From the NCBI GenBank assembly GCA_016719515.1, contig JADJYZ010000037.1, forward strand, positions 34,630 through 98,629: a DNA stretch of 64,000 nt. The letters are read 5' to 3'. This document shows positions 30,840 to 39,785 of the stretch, piece by piece. Both the position numbers and the translations under genes were made by a program. The notes below the pieces were generated by a model that saw only the letters and a program-made list of their open reading frames with translations, was not told where the DNA came from and searched no databases. This DNA comes from Deltaproteobacteria bacterium. GTDB lineage: Bacteria > Myxococcota_A > UBA796 > CAJQPC01. Position 1 is the first letter of the stretch, and every line of letters starts with the position of its first letter.

Positions 30840-31020
30840 GGCGCAGGATCCACGGCGTCGGGCCGGGTGGATCGTGATCCACCGCGACGATCCACCACGG
30901 CGATCCTCTCGGTCGCCGAGCCCAGCCCGTGGGGGTGGATCCGGGGGCAGAGGTGGAGCGTGGTGGAGCGCCGGGCGCCAAACCGCGTCTCAGTGGAGCG
31001 CCGTGGAGTGGATCGCCGCT
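30840..31020. promoter_or_regulatory. direct GTGGAGCG / GTGGATC repeats (10-bp phased pairs) upstream of mraZ, a candidate MraZ-operator-like array
   Basis: GTGGAGCG at about 30953, 30963, 31003 and 31013 (GTGGAGTG), plus GGATCCAC/GTGGATC inverted copies at 30847-30900; MraZ family proteins bind phased GTGG-type direct repeats. Confidence 0.35.
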
Positions 31021-31859
31021 CAGAGCTCCGCGAGCCAGGCGAGCACGTCGTCCGCCACCTGCTCCCAGCCGGGCTGGGTCAAGGTGCCGTGGGTGCGGCC
31101 GGGCATCACGACGAGGTCCGTGCGCGAGGGCGAGGCCTCATACCGCCGCGCCATCCGCTCGTTGAGCCCGGCGGGGATGACGTGGTCCTCAGCGCCAGCC
31201 ACGATCAGCAAGGGCGCGCGCTCCTTCGCCCAGTCCAGCTCCGCCGCGTCGGTGAGCGGCCCCTTGGCCACCCCTTTGGCCTCGGGCACCAAGCTCGCCT
31301 CGTACAGCGCCAAGGCCGCGTCGCGGTCGAGGTAGTTGGCGAAGCCGAAGTGAAACTGCTTGGGGGAGAGCAGGATCGGGTCCATGCCCGGCTTGAGCAC
31401 CGGGGCGTTTGAGCGCAAGAACGCCGGGGCGAAGCTCGTGAGGCCCTTGGGCGGGGCGGAGTGCAGCACGACCCCTGCGCTCCCGAGGCCCTCTTGCAGA
31501 AGAAGCTGCACGATGAGCCCGCCCATGCTGTGCCCGATGAGGATCGGCGAGTCCAGACCCGCGACCAGCTCCCGGTGCTGGGCGACGAGCTGCTCAAAGC
31601 TCAGCGTGTTGAGCGCCTCTGGGATGTCCGCGCGCAGCGCCGCGGGCTCGCCGTCATGCCCCGGCCACTCCGGCGCGAGGGTGTTGTAACCCTGGGCCTC
31701 AAACACCTCTCTCCAGTCATCCCAGCAGCCCGCGTTGAGGTAGAGGCCATGAATGAACACCACCGTCCTCGGCGGCGCGACCCGGGCGGGTGTAGGGAGG
31801 CGCTCGGGATCCTCAGCGAAGGCGTAGAGCGTTGAGATCAGGGCCAAAGTCAGCGTCAT
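31020..31859 (-). CDS. secreted alpha/beta hydrolase
   Basis: Signal peptide; HGLYLNAGCW; nucleophile elbow GHSMGG. Confidence 0.75.
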   Translation of the reverse strand: MTLTLALISTLYAFAEDPERLPTPARVAPPRTVVFIHGLYLNAGCWDDWREVFEAQGYNTLAPEWPGHDGEPAALRADIPEALNTLSFEQLVAQHRELVAGLDSPILIGHSMGGLIVQLLLQEGLGSAGVVLHSAPPKGLTSFAPAFLRSNAPVLKPGMDPILLSPKQFHFGFANYLDRDAALALYEASLVPEAKGVAKGPLTDAAELDWAKERAPLLIVAGAEDHVIPAGLNERMARRYEASPSRTDLVVMPGRTHGTLTQPGWEQVADDVLAWLAEL

Positions 31860-31956
31860 TCACCACCTCATTCCCACCTGCATAACTCAGCCTAGGCCCG
31901 ACGAGCGCGCCGCCGAGCGGGCAGTCGGTTATGCAGGCCCAAAGACGGACAGGGCC

Positions 31957-32430
31957 ATGACCAACCCCACGAACAAGCCCCAGAAGCCAAAGACCGTGCG
32001 CCCGATCGCCCAGAACCGGCGCGCGACCTTTGAGTTCGAGATCACCGACCGCTTCGAGGCCGGCATGTCTCTGCTCGGCACCGAGGTCAAGTCCTTACGC
32101 AACGGCAAGGCCCAGATCACCGACGCCTACGTCAAGGTAAAAGACGGCGAGGCGTTCCTACACGCCGCCCACATCGCGCCGTACACCCACGGCAGCGACA
32201 ACAACCACCTCGCCGAGCGCGTCCGGAAGCTCCTTCTGCAGCCCGCTGAGATCGAGAAGATCCGCCGGGCGGTGCAAGAGAAGGGCCTCTCCGTCATCCC
32301 CATCGCGATGTACTTCAAGGGGCCCTGGGCAAAGATCGAGATCGCGCTCGCCCGAGGCAAAAAACTGCACGACAAGCGCGAAGACCTCAAGGCCAAAGCC
32401 GACCGGCGCGAGCTGCGCAACGTCCGCTGA
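31957..32430 (+). CDS. smpB: SsrA-binding protein SmpB
   Basis: RPIAQNRRATFEFEITDRFEAGMSLLGTEVKSLRNGK. Confidence 0.9.
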   Translation: MTNPTNKPQKPKTVRPIAQNRRATFEFEITDRFEAGMSLLGTEVKSLRNGKAQITDAYVKVKDGEAFLHAAHIAPYTHGSDNNHLAERVRKLLLQPAEIEKIRRAVQEKGLSVIPIAMYFKGPWAKIEIALARGKKLHDKREDLKAKADRRELRNVR

Positions 32431-32474
32431 GCCGAGGTCCACCCCCGCTGCCCCCGCACGTTCTCGGAGAGACG

Positions 32475-33851
32475 ATGAAGCGCTTGATGACCCTCTTGCT
32501 CCCTGTGCTCGGACTCGCCGCAGGCGGCGTCGCGTTGGCGCTCTTGGGCGACGGCCAAGAGACCCCGGCCCTCATCACCGGCCTCGTCTCGGGCTTGATG
32601 CTCTGCGGCGCCGCGATGGCCCACGCCCCGATGTTGGGTGTGGCGGCCCTGGGCGCATACGGCGCGGGCCTCTCGGCGTATCTCGCCGTGCAGCACAAGG
32701 TCGCGATGGCCGGCGGGTCGAGCGTCTGCAACATCAACGACGTGCTCAACTGCGACCTCGTGAACACCAGCGAGTGGTCTGAGATCGGCGGCTTGCCCAT
32801 CGCGATGTTTGGCCTCGCCTTCTACGCCGCGCTCACCGTCGTCGGTGTGCAGGCCTGGCGTGACCGCCCGGGCTTAGACCGCGCCGCGGCCTTCACCTTG
32901 GCCCTGGCCATCCCCGGCCTCGGCGTCTCCTTGTTCTTGGGCGCGGTGAGCCTGCAGCTCGGCGCGTTCTGCATCCTCTGCGTCACGACCTACCTCATCA
33001 ACGCCCTGCTCGTCGTCGCTGGGGTCCAGGCCCTTCGGGGTGAGCCCTTCTTCGATCAGCTCCCCTCAGCGCTCACGGGCTACAAAGATCGTTCGTTGCC
33101 TCTGGCGCTCATGGGCGCCGTCGTGGGCGGGATGGGCGGTTTTTACCTGTACGAGAGCGCCAAGCTCCCCGCCTCGGCCCAGGCCATCGAGGCCGTCAAC
33201 GACGGCAAGGCCGAGAGCGCCGACTACGGCCGGCTCTACGAGCAGGTCGCGGGCAAGGTGAACCTGCACGGCTACGAGCCCGCCTGGGGCAAACCCGACG
33301 CGCCGTTCACCGTCGTCGAGTTCGCCGACTACCAGTGCCCCCACTGCGCGATGATGGCCAAAGAGATCAAGGCCGTCTCCGCCAAGTTCCCTGAGATGCG
33401 GGTGCTCTACAAACACTACCCGCTGTCCAACATCTGCAACGACCGCATCCCCTCTCCGGGCCACACCGAGTCGTGTATGGCCTCGGCCGCCGCGGTCTGC
33501 GCCACCCAGCAGGGCCGCTTCTGGGAGCTCAACGCGCAGATGTTTGAGAACCAGGACGTGCTCAACAAAGAGAACATCCGGTTCATGGCCCAGCAGCAGA
33601 ACCTCGACATGACCGCTCTGGACGCCTGCATGAGCGACGAGGCCACGAGCGACCGCGTGCGCAGCGACGTGGCGCACGGCTGGGAGGCCGGGGTCATGGC
33701 GACGCCCTCGCTGTTCGTGAAGGGCCTGCTCGACGATCCAACCGCCTGGGTTCACATCACCAGCGGCTCTGAGGGCCTCGCGCTCTTGATTGAGGCCAAG
33801 AAGAAGGGCGTCCGGCTGCCCGCGCCTCGCCCGCCGACGCCGATGGAGTGA
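32475..33851 (+). CDS. vitamin K epoxide reductase (VKOR) domain fused to a DsbA-like thioredoxin domain
   Basis: N-terminal 5-TM VKOR with CNINDVLNC and CILC; C-terminal Trx fold with CPHC. Confidence 0.8.
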   Translation: MKRLMTLLLPVLGLAAGGVALALLGDGQETPALITGLVSGLMLCGAAMAHAPMLGVAALGAYGAGLSAYLAVQHKVAMAGGSSVCNINDVLNCDLVNTSEWSEIGGLPIAMFGLAFYAALTVVGVQAWRDRPGLDRAAAFTLALAIPGLGVSLFLGAVSLQLGAFCILCVTTYLINALLVVAGVQALRGEPFFDQLPSALTGYKDRSLPLALMGAVVGGMGGFYLYESAKLPASAQAIEAVNDGKAESADYGRLYEQVAGKVNLHGYEPAWGKPDAPFTVVEFADYQCPHCAMMAKEIKAVSAKFPEMRVLYKHYPLSNICNDRIPSPGHTESCMASAAAVCATQQGRFWELNAQMFENQDVLNKENIRFMAQQQNLDMTALDACMSDEATSDRVRSDVAHGWEAGVMATPSLFVKGLLDDPTAWVHITSGSEGLALLIEAKKKGVRLPAPRPPTPME

Positions 33852-33857
33852 GCGCTG

Positions 33858-34724
33858 ATGTCCTGGATTGAGCTGCGCGCGGTGGTCCCCCGGACCCGCA
33901 TGGATGACCTCTCGGATCTGGCCTTCGTCAACGGCGCCAGCGGCGTACAAGAGGCCCCGGCGCCGGGCACGCCGCTGCGTTTTCGCCAGCCCTGGGACAC
34001 CGAAGATCCCCCTCTGCCGATGTTTGTGACCTTCCGCGCGTGGTTCAGCGAAGAAGACGCTGAGGCCGCCGAGGCCGCCTTCACCGAGGCCGACGCCGAG
34101 CTGACCTTCGAGCGCCTGACGGTGAACGAAGAGGACTGGGCGGAGAGCTGGAAGATCCACCACCACCGCATCGTGATCTCCGATCGCCTGCGCGTCTCGC
34201 CGCCGTGGGAGGCCGTGCCCGGCGACCTCGTCATCCCCCCCGGCCAGGCCTTCGGCACCGGCGACCACCCCACCACCCTGGCCTGCCTGAGCGCCATCGA
34301 CCGCCTCGCCGGGGAGTGCCGCACCTGCCTCGACGTGGGCAGCGGCTCCGGCGTGCTCGCCTTGGCCGCGGTGAAGCTGGGCATGAAGGCCGTGGGCGTC
34401 GACAACGACCCCGAGTGTGTGCGCACGGCCAAAGAGAACGCCGCCGAGAACGAGCTGGAGGCCCACTTCTCCGACACCGAGCTGCCCGCGCTGCGCGGCC
34501 CCTACGACCTCGTCGTGGCGAACCTCTACGCCGAGGTGCTCGTCGGCATGGCGCCAGAGCTCATCCGCCTCACCGGCCGTCACCTCGTGCTCGCGGGCAT
34601 CCTCGCCGACCGCGCCGACAAGGTGGTCGAGGCGCTCTCCCCTCCCCTCGCGCTCACCGCCCGGGTTCAAGAGGGCGACTGGGTGAGCCTACACCTGGTC
34701 AAGCTCGCTGAGGAGCGCGGTTGA
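33858..34724 (+). CDS. prmA: ribosomal protein L11 methyltransferase
   Basis: LDVGSGSGVLALAAVKLG...VDNDPECV. Confidence 0.85.
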   Translation: MSWIELRAVVPRTRMDDLSDLAFVNGASGVQEAPAPGTPLRFRQPWDTEDPPLPMFVTFRAWFSEEDAEAAEAAFTEADAELTFERLTVNEEDWAESWKIHHHRIVISDRLRVSPPWEAVPGDLVIPPGQAFGTGDHPTTLACLSAIDRLAGECRTCLDVGSGSGVLALAAVKLGMKAVGVDNDPECVRTAKENAAENELEAHFSDTELPALRGPYDLVVANLYAEVLVGMAPELIRLTGRHLVLAGILADRADKVVEALSPPLALTARVQEGDWVSLHLVKLAEERG

Positions 34725-35404
34725 CCCGTCGTTTTCGTGCGCCCTTCTTGCCGGGTGAAGGTGAGCGGGTGCAGCTCGACGCCGAGGTCTCTCACCACCT
34801 GCTCCGGGTCACGCTTGTGCCCCGGGGTGAGGCGGTGATCCTCTTTGATGGTCAAGGCGCCGAGTGTGACGGCCGCCTCGTGGACTCCGACGGCGAGCGG
34901 GCCGTGGTGTTGGCGACGAGCGCCGCCCGTCAGGTCTCGGCCTTGGCCCCGCGGGTGATGGTGATGGGCCTCACCCGAAAGCCCGCCTGGGATCTCTCTT
35001 TACGCCTGGCGACGGAGCTGGGCATGACCGAGCTTCGGCCGTTTGTGGCCCGGCGCTCCATCGCCCAGGGGGATCACCTCGACCGCTGGGAGCGCATCAC
35101 GTCCGAGGCCGCCCGCCAGTGTGGCCGCGCCGACGCCCCCACCCTGCGCCCCGTCGCGCCGCTGCGCGCCCAGCTCAGCGGCCTCGTCGGGCATCGCCTC
35201 GTGCTCACCCCCGGCGCCAACCCCACGCGCCCGGCGGCAGAGGACGAGGCGCTGTGCCTCCTGCTGGGCCCTGAGGGTGGCCTGGCCCCCGATGAGCTGG
35301 CCTTGGCCGCCGAGGCCGGCTTTGTGACCGCGAGCTTGGGGCGCTGGACGCTGCGCGCCGACACCGCCGTCGCCGTGGCTCTGGCCCGCTACGCCCCGAG
35401 CTAG
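34721..35404 (+). CDS. rsmE: 16S rRNA (uracil1498-N3)-methyltransferase RsmE
   Basis: MTRRFRAPFLPGEGERVQLDAEVSHHLLRV...; C-terminal SPOUT knot. Confidence 0.85.
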   Translation: MTRRFRAPFLPGEGERVQLDAEVSHHLLRVTLVPRGEAVILFDGQGAECDGRLVDSDGERAVVLATSAARQVSALAPRVMVMGLTRKPAWDLSLRLATELGMTELRPFVARRSIAQGDHLDRWERITSEAARQCGRADAPTLRPVAPLRAQLSGLVGHRLVLTPGANPTRPAAEDEALCLLLGPEGGLAPDELALAAEAGFVTASLGRWTLRADTAVAVALARYAPS

Positions 35405-35532
35405 GCCCCGAGCTAGGCGCGGCACAAAACGCTGACGCCGCGCACAGAGATCTGACGCGGCGCCCTGAAGCGCGACACGCGGTGAGGAGGGCCTCACCGC
35501 GCGTCGATTGGAGACGCCTGACGGCGTGGGGA

Positions 35533-38031
35533 TCAGCTCCGGCGGCGGCGGCGCGCCATCGCGAGACCGGCGCCCAAGAGGCCGAGGCCCACACCGGCGC
35601 CAGCCCCGGAGGACGAGCAGCCCGACGTCTCCTCGGAGGGGACGATCTTCACGAAGTTCTTGAACAAGGCGCCTTCAGGGTAGACCGCCACCCGGGCGAA
35701 GTCCCAGACCTGGTGGCCCGAGGCGTCCTGGGCGACGAGGTAGAACTGGAAGATCTCACCCTCGTCGTTGTCCAGAGTCTCCGGCGCCGTCCAAGACAGG
35801 GTCGAAGAGGTGGTGCCCGCGGCGGTGCCGCCGTCCACCGTCCAGGTGAAGAAGATCGTCTCGCCGTCGGCGTCGTAGATGAAGGTGGAGAGCTGGACGG
35901 TGTCGTTGACCTCCACCGCCGTCTGGCTCAGGTCGATCCCGCCGACGATGAGCGGCTCAGAGTCCAAGGCGAGGCAGGCGTCATCGACGAGGCCGTTGCA
36001 GTCGTTGTCAACGCTGTCGCAGATCTCGACGGCGCTGGGGCTGATCTCCTCGTCGAGGTCGTTGCAGTCGTTGTTGACCTCGGCGTAGCCGTCACCGTCA
36101 TCATCGCTGAGCGTGGTGTTCTCGTCGATGGTGCCGTCGCAGTCGTTGTCCTTGTAGTCGGGGGACTCGGGCGCGCCGGGGTAGGTGTCCTCATCCGTGT
36201 CGTCGCAGTCCAGCGCGTTCTCGGAGAAGGTGTCGCCGTCGTCGTCGGAGCCGATGGTGCCCTCGTCAACGATGCTGTCGCAGTCGTTGTCCAGAGAGTC
36301 GTAGATCTCCGCCGCGTTGGGGTAGGTGTCGCGGTTGTTGTCGTCGCAGTCGACCACCAGCTCGCTGGAGTCGGTGCCGAAGGCGTCGCCGTCGTCGTCG
36401 CTGCTGGGGTAGGCCGCGTTGATGATCATCGACAAGGAGGCCGTCGTGCGGATGCCCGAGGCGTCGGTGACGCGGACGAGCAGGGTGTCAACGCCGGGGT
36501 TGAAGTCTTCAGTGGGCACCGACAAGAAGACGTGGCCAGAGGACTCCGTCGGCGTGCAGTCGGCGACGTTGGCCAGCACGTTGAGCGAGCTGTACACCTT
36601 GCACGAGAGCGAGGTGGCCGGCTGGTTCTTGTCGAAGACGTTCAGCTCCATCTCGATGGGGCCGGGGTTGTTGTGCATGTACCCGGGCTCGGGGGAGCGG
36701 ATGCTCACCGTCGGCGCCACGTTGTCTGGGTCGGTGCCGTTGTTGCCCTGGAGGTAGACCGGCACCGAGGGGCTGGAGCTGTCGTCGGAGTTGACGTAGA
36801 CCGTGCAGTACGCGCTCTTTTGGTCCTCCGGGACGAAGGTGACCTCGATGAGCGAGCTCTTGCCGGACTCAAGCACCTTGGTGGAGTCCGCGGCCTCAGC
36901 GAAGGAGTAGGTCAGGCTGAAGGCGGCGTCGCAGGTGGAGTCCAGCGTGGGGGCGGTGAGCGTCAGATCGCCGTCGCCGCTGTTCAGCACGCGGATGTAG
37001 CGCACCTCCTCTTCACCCGTCCAGACCGAGCCGAAGGGCACGGAGCGGGGGGTCACGATGGCGCGGCCCTCACCCTTCTCGGCCTCACCCTTCGTGTAGA
37101 CGACGGTGAAGGAGTTGTCGAGGTCGGCCCAATACTCGGGGTCGGCGTCGTCTTCACGGACCTGGGTCTTGGTCTCGATGATGACCGAGCCGTAGACATC
37201 CCCGACGCTGACCGGCGAGAAGGTGACGTCTACGGGCATCTTGCAGCCCTTGTCTAAGGTGAAGAGCACCTGGCCGTCGCCGGGATCCGTGCCGGTGTCG
37301 CCGCCGCCGGAGTCGCCGCCGCCGGAGTCGCCGCCGGAGTCGCCGCCGATGCCCGTGTCGGTGTCGACGGGCTCACCGCCGATGTTGCCCTTGAGATCGA
37401 CCTCTTGCACCGCGGGGGTGCCGTTGGTGACGATGACCAGCAGGGCCTCGTCGCCGGTGTTGGTGGTCGGGGCGTAGTTGAGCAGCGCCACCGTTGAGCC
37501 ACCTTTGGGGATGGTCGAGCCCGTCGGGTCTACGATCATCGAGAAGGGGCTGTCGGACGGCGCGATGGCGGCCTTGGTGATCGAGAGATCGGCGTCGCCG
37601 GTGTTGGTCAGGGTGAGGTACCCGATGTCATCGCTGCCCGCGGCGACCTTGCCGAAGTCCACCGTCGTGGTGTCGACGGACAGGGCAGGCCCAGGAGGCG
37701 CGCTGCCGCCGGACTTCGCGGTGGGCTCGCCGGTGTCGCCCTCGGCGGACTCGGGGCAAGACATCAGGGTGGGGTCGTAGGTGACGGTGAAGTCGCCGTC
37801 CATGCCCCCGCCTTCACGGATGTCGGAGATCCCCATCGGCAGATCGCCGTTGTTGGAGATCGTGAAGGTGCGCGTGACCGCCTCGCCGTGCTCCGTGAGG
37901 CCAAACTCAACCCACTTGGAGCTGACCTCGATGACCGGGTACGTCAGCTCGACAAAGTCGTTTGAGGGTTGGCGGCAACCAGCGAGGGCCACCGCGATGA
38001 CGCCGAAGGAGAGAATCGGGAGCGACTTCAT
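35533..38031 (-). CDS. very large cell-surface lipoprotein with DUF1573/HYDIN-like Ig domains, myxobacterial Cys-rich repeats and a MYXO-CTERM tail
   Basis: Lipobox LAGC after MKSLPILSFGVIAVA; repeated ISNNGDLP/LTNTGDADL/LNSGDGDL beta-sandwich domains; DNDCDG/DNDCNG repeats; C-terminal SGCSSSGAGAGVGLGLLGAGLAMARRRRRS. Confidence 0.7.
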   Translation of the reverse strand: MKSLPILSFGVIAVALAGCRQPSNDFVELTYPVIEVSSKWVEFGLTEHGEAVTRTFTISNNGDLPMGISDIREGGGMDGDFTVTYDPTLMSCPESAEGDTGEPTAKSGGSAPPGPALSVDTTTVDFGKVAAGSDDIGYLTLTNTGDADLSITKAAIAPSDSPFSMIVDPTGSTIPKGGSTVALLNYAPTTNTGDEALLVIVTNGTPAVQEVDLKGNIGGEPVDTDTGIGGDSGGDSGGGDSGGGDTGTDPGDGQVLFTLDKGCKMPVDVTFSPVSVGDVYGSVIIETKTQVREDDADPEYWADLDNSFTVVYTKGEAEKGEGRAIVTPRSVPFGSVWTGEEEVRYIRVLNSGDGDLTLTAPTLDSTCDAAFSLTYSFAEAADSTKVLESGKSSLIEVTFVPEDQKSAYCTVYVNSDDSSSPSVPVYLQGNNGTDPDNVAPTVSIRSPEPGYMHNNPGPIEMELNVFDKNQPATSLSCKVYSSLNVLANVADCTPTESSGHVFLSVPTEDFNPGVDTLLVRVTDASGIRTTASLSMIINAAYPSSDDDGDAFGTDSSELVVDCDDNNRDTYPNAAEIYDSLDNDCDSIVDEGTIGSDDDGDTFSENALDCDDTDEDTYPGAPESPDYKDNDCDGTIDENTTLSDDDGDGYAEVNNDCNDLDEEISPSAVEICDSVDNDCNGLVDDACLALDSEPLIVGGIDLSQTAVEVNDTVQLSTFIYDADGETIFFTWTVDGGTAAGTTSSTLSWTAPETLDNDEGEIFQFYLVAQDASGHQVWDFARVAVYPEGALFKNFVKIVPSEETSGCSSSGAGAGVGLGLLGAGLAMARRRRRS

Positions 38032-38243
38032 GCTGAGCGCCTCGAAGATGAGGTGGCCTGAGGGCGAGGAGCCGGGTGTGACAGCGGGTGTTGTCAACTC
38101 GACGTGAACGGCTTCGCATCATAGCGCAAGTTCAGCAGGGCTGCAGCGCACCCGCGGCGTGCGGCGGCATAAAAAGTATACCTGACCTCGCTCCCGTGGG
38201 TGTCAGGGACATGATCCGCCGCCGCGGCGGATCGTGCCTGGGC

Positions 38244-38888
38244 TCAGAGCAGATGCCCGCTCTTGGCGCGTTTTGTGTCGAGGTAGTGCTGGTTATGCTC
38301 GTTGGGGGGCATCCGCACGGGGATCGTCCCGACCACAGGCACCCCGAAGCCACGCAACCCGGCGATCTTCTTTGGGTTGTTGGTGAGCAGGCACACCGAA
38401 CGAATGCCGAGGGCCATGACCATGCTCGCCGCGATGTCGTAGCGGCGGAGGTCGTCCTCAAAGCCTAAGGCGAGGTTGGCCTCGACGGTGTCAAGGCCCA
38501 TGTCTTGAAGCGCGTAGGCGCGGATCTTGTTCACGAGGCCGATGCCCCGGCCCTCTTGCGGGAGGTAGAGCACCGCGCCGCGCTCCGCCCGACCGATGAA
38601 CCGTAAGGCGGCCTCAAGCTGGTCACGGCAGTCGCAGCGTAGGCTGCCCATGACGTCGCCGGTGAAGCACTCCGAGTGCAGTCGAACCGGCACCCCTTCG
38701 GCCTCGTTGACGTCGCCGCGAATCACCGCGCCGAGATCAACACCATCCCAGGTGCGAAACCCAACCACGCGGAAGTCGCCGTAGCGGCTGGGGAGCCGAG
38801 CGTCAGCGACGAGCTCGACAAGGGGGAGGGAGGAGCCGGAAGCTCCGTGAGTGAACTCTTCCATGTACCTGCTCCTGGCGACTGCCAA
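38244..38888 (-). CDS. ribA: GTP cyclohydrolase II
   Basis: RLHSECFTGDV...CDCR...EGRGIGL signature. Confidence 0.85.
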   Translation of the reverse strand: MAVARSRYMEEFTHGASGSSLPLVELVADARLPSRYGDFRVVGFRTWDGVDLGAVIRGDVNEAEGVPVRLHSECFTGDVMGSLRCDCRDQLEAALRFIGRAERGAVLYLPQEGRGIGLVNKIRAYALQDMGLDTVEANLALGFEDDLRRYDIAASMVMALGIRSVCLLTNNPKKIAGLRGFGVPVVGTIPVRMPPNEHNQHYLDTKRAKSGHLL

Positions 38889-39057
38889 GGGGCAGCCGCG
38901 CGGGCGAATCGCCCTTCACGGTGGGAATCACCGAAGGCCACGCGATGTGCCGATGCTCGAACAAGCCGGAGACAGTGTACATCAGGAGCGAATCGTCAAG
39001 CGGACAGGGATCGTTGGGCGCGCGGAGCGAGCGCGCGCCCAACGAGGAGGGCTCAGC

Positions 39058-39351
39058 TCACTCAGCGACGACGTCGTCGACGTTGAGGGCCTCTTTGAGC
39101 CCCTTGCCCGCGCGGAACACGGGGATGCGGCGCTCGGGCACGTTGATCTCTTCGCGGTTCTTGGGGTTGCGCCCCTTGAACGAGCGACGGCGAGAGATCG
39201 TGAAGGTGCCGAAGTCGGAGATGGTCACCTTGTCACCGTTGGTCAGGGCCTCACGGATGGCCTCGGTGAGGATGTTGATGTAGTTCGCGGCGCGCACCTT
39301 GGGGATGTTCGCGCGCTCAGCCAGCGCCTCGGTCAGATCCGCCTTGTTCAT
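39058..39351 (-). CDS. HU/IHF-family DNA-binding protein
   Basis: MNKADLTEALAERANIPKVRAAN...RNPKNREEINVPERRIPVFRAGKGL; GGAGG RBS 5 nt upstream of the ATG at 39351. Confidence 0.85.
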   Translation of the reverse strand: MNKADLTEALAERANIPKVRAANYINILTEAIREALTNGDKVTISDFGTFTISRRRSFKGRNPKNREEINVPERRIPVFRAGKGLKEALNVDDVVAE

Positions 39352-39366
39352 GTTGGCCTCCATCAT

Positions 39367-39620
39367 TCTTGTGATTATTGTATTTCTTAAAGAGTCGTAG
39401 TCTACAGAGGTTCTATGACTCTTTCTGACCCTTGCATGAACGAAGGTACCACACTGAGAAACCCGCGTCTACTCAGATAAGTGCGAGAGTTTCGTGAACT
39501 GCGCTCACTTTTCTGAGATCGCCCGACTCAAGGTTGCTCGATGTGATATTAATACAAATATCTATATTTGTTGTTTTTGATGTACAGCACCTCCGTAGGG
39601 ATGAGCCCCATCGGCAGCAC
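39367..39620. promoter_or_regulatory. AT-rich promoter/leader region of the HU gene with an 11-bp inverted repeat (AAGAGTCGTAG n13 CTATGACTCTT)
   Basis: Marked local drop in GC within a genome of about 70% GC; near-perfect inverted repeat at 39389-39423; AT tract at about 39545-39590. Confidence 0.4.
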
Positions 39621-39785
39621 CATCCCCCATAGACAGAGCGTGGACAGGGATTGCACAGGGAGCCCAGATCCCCTTCAGGAGCGTCCTGATGAGATCCATT
39701 GGGCCAACGCCGAGGCCAGCCTATGGACAGGCCTGAGCGACTTTTGCACAGGCTTGGCGGGCGCTTGGGGAGACTTCGGCGTGAC

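Noticed and set aside
33066-34670. 534-aa minus-strand ORF
   Set aside because: Antisense to VKOR-DsbA and prmA, both of which have strong homology signatures. Composition-driven artefact.
35482-37257. 591-aa plus-strand ORF
   Set aside because: Antisense to the large surface-lipoprotein gene; V/G/A/D-rich shadow ORF.
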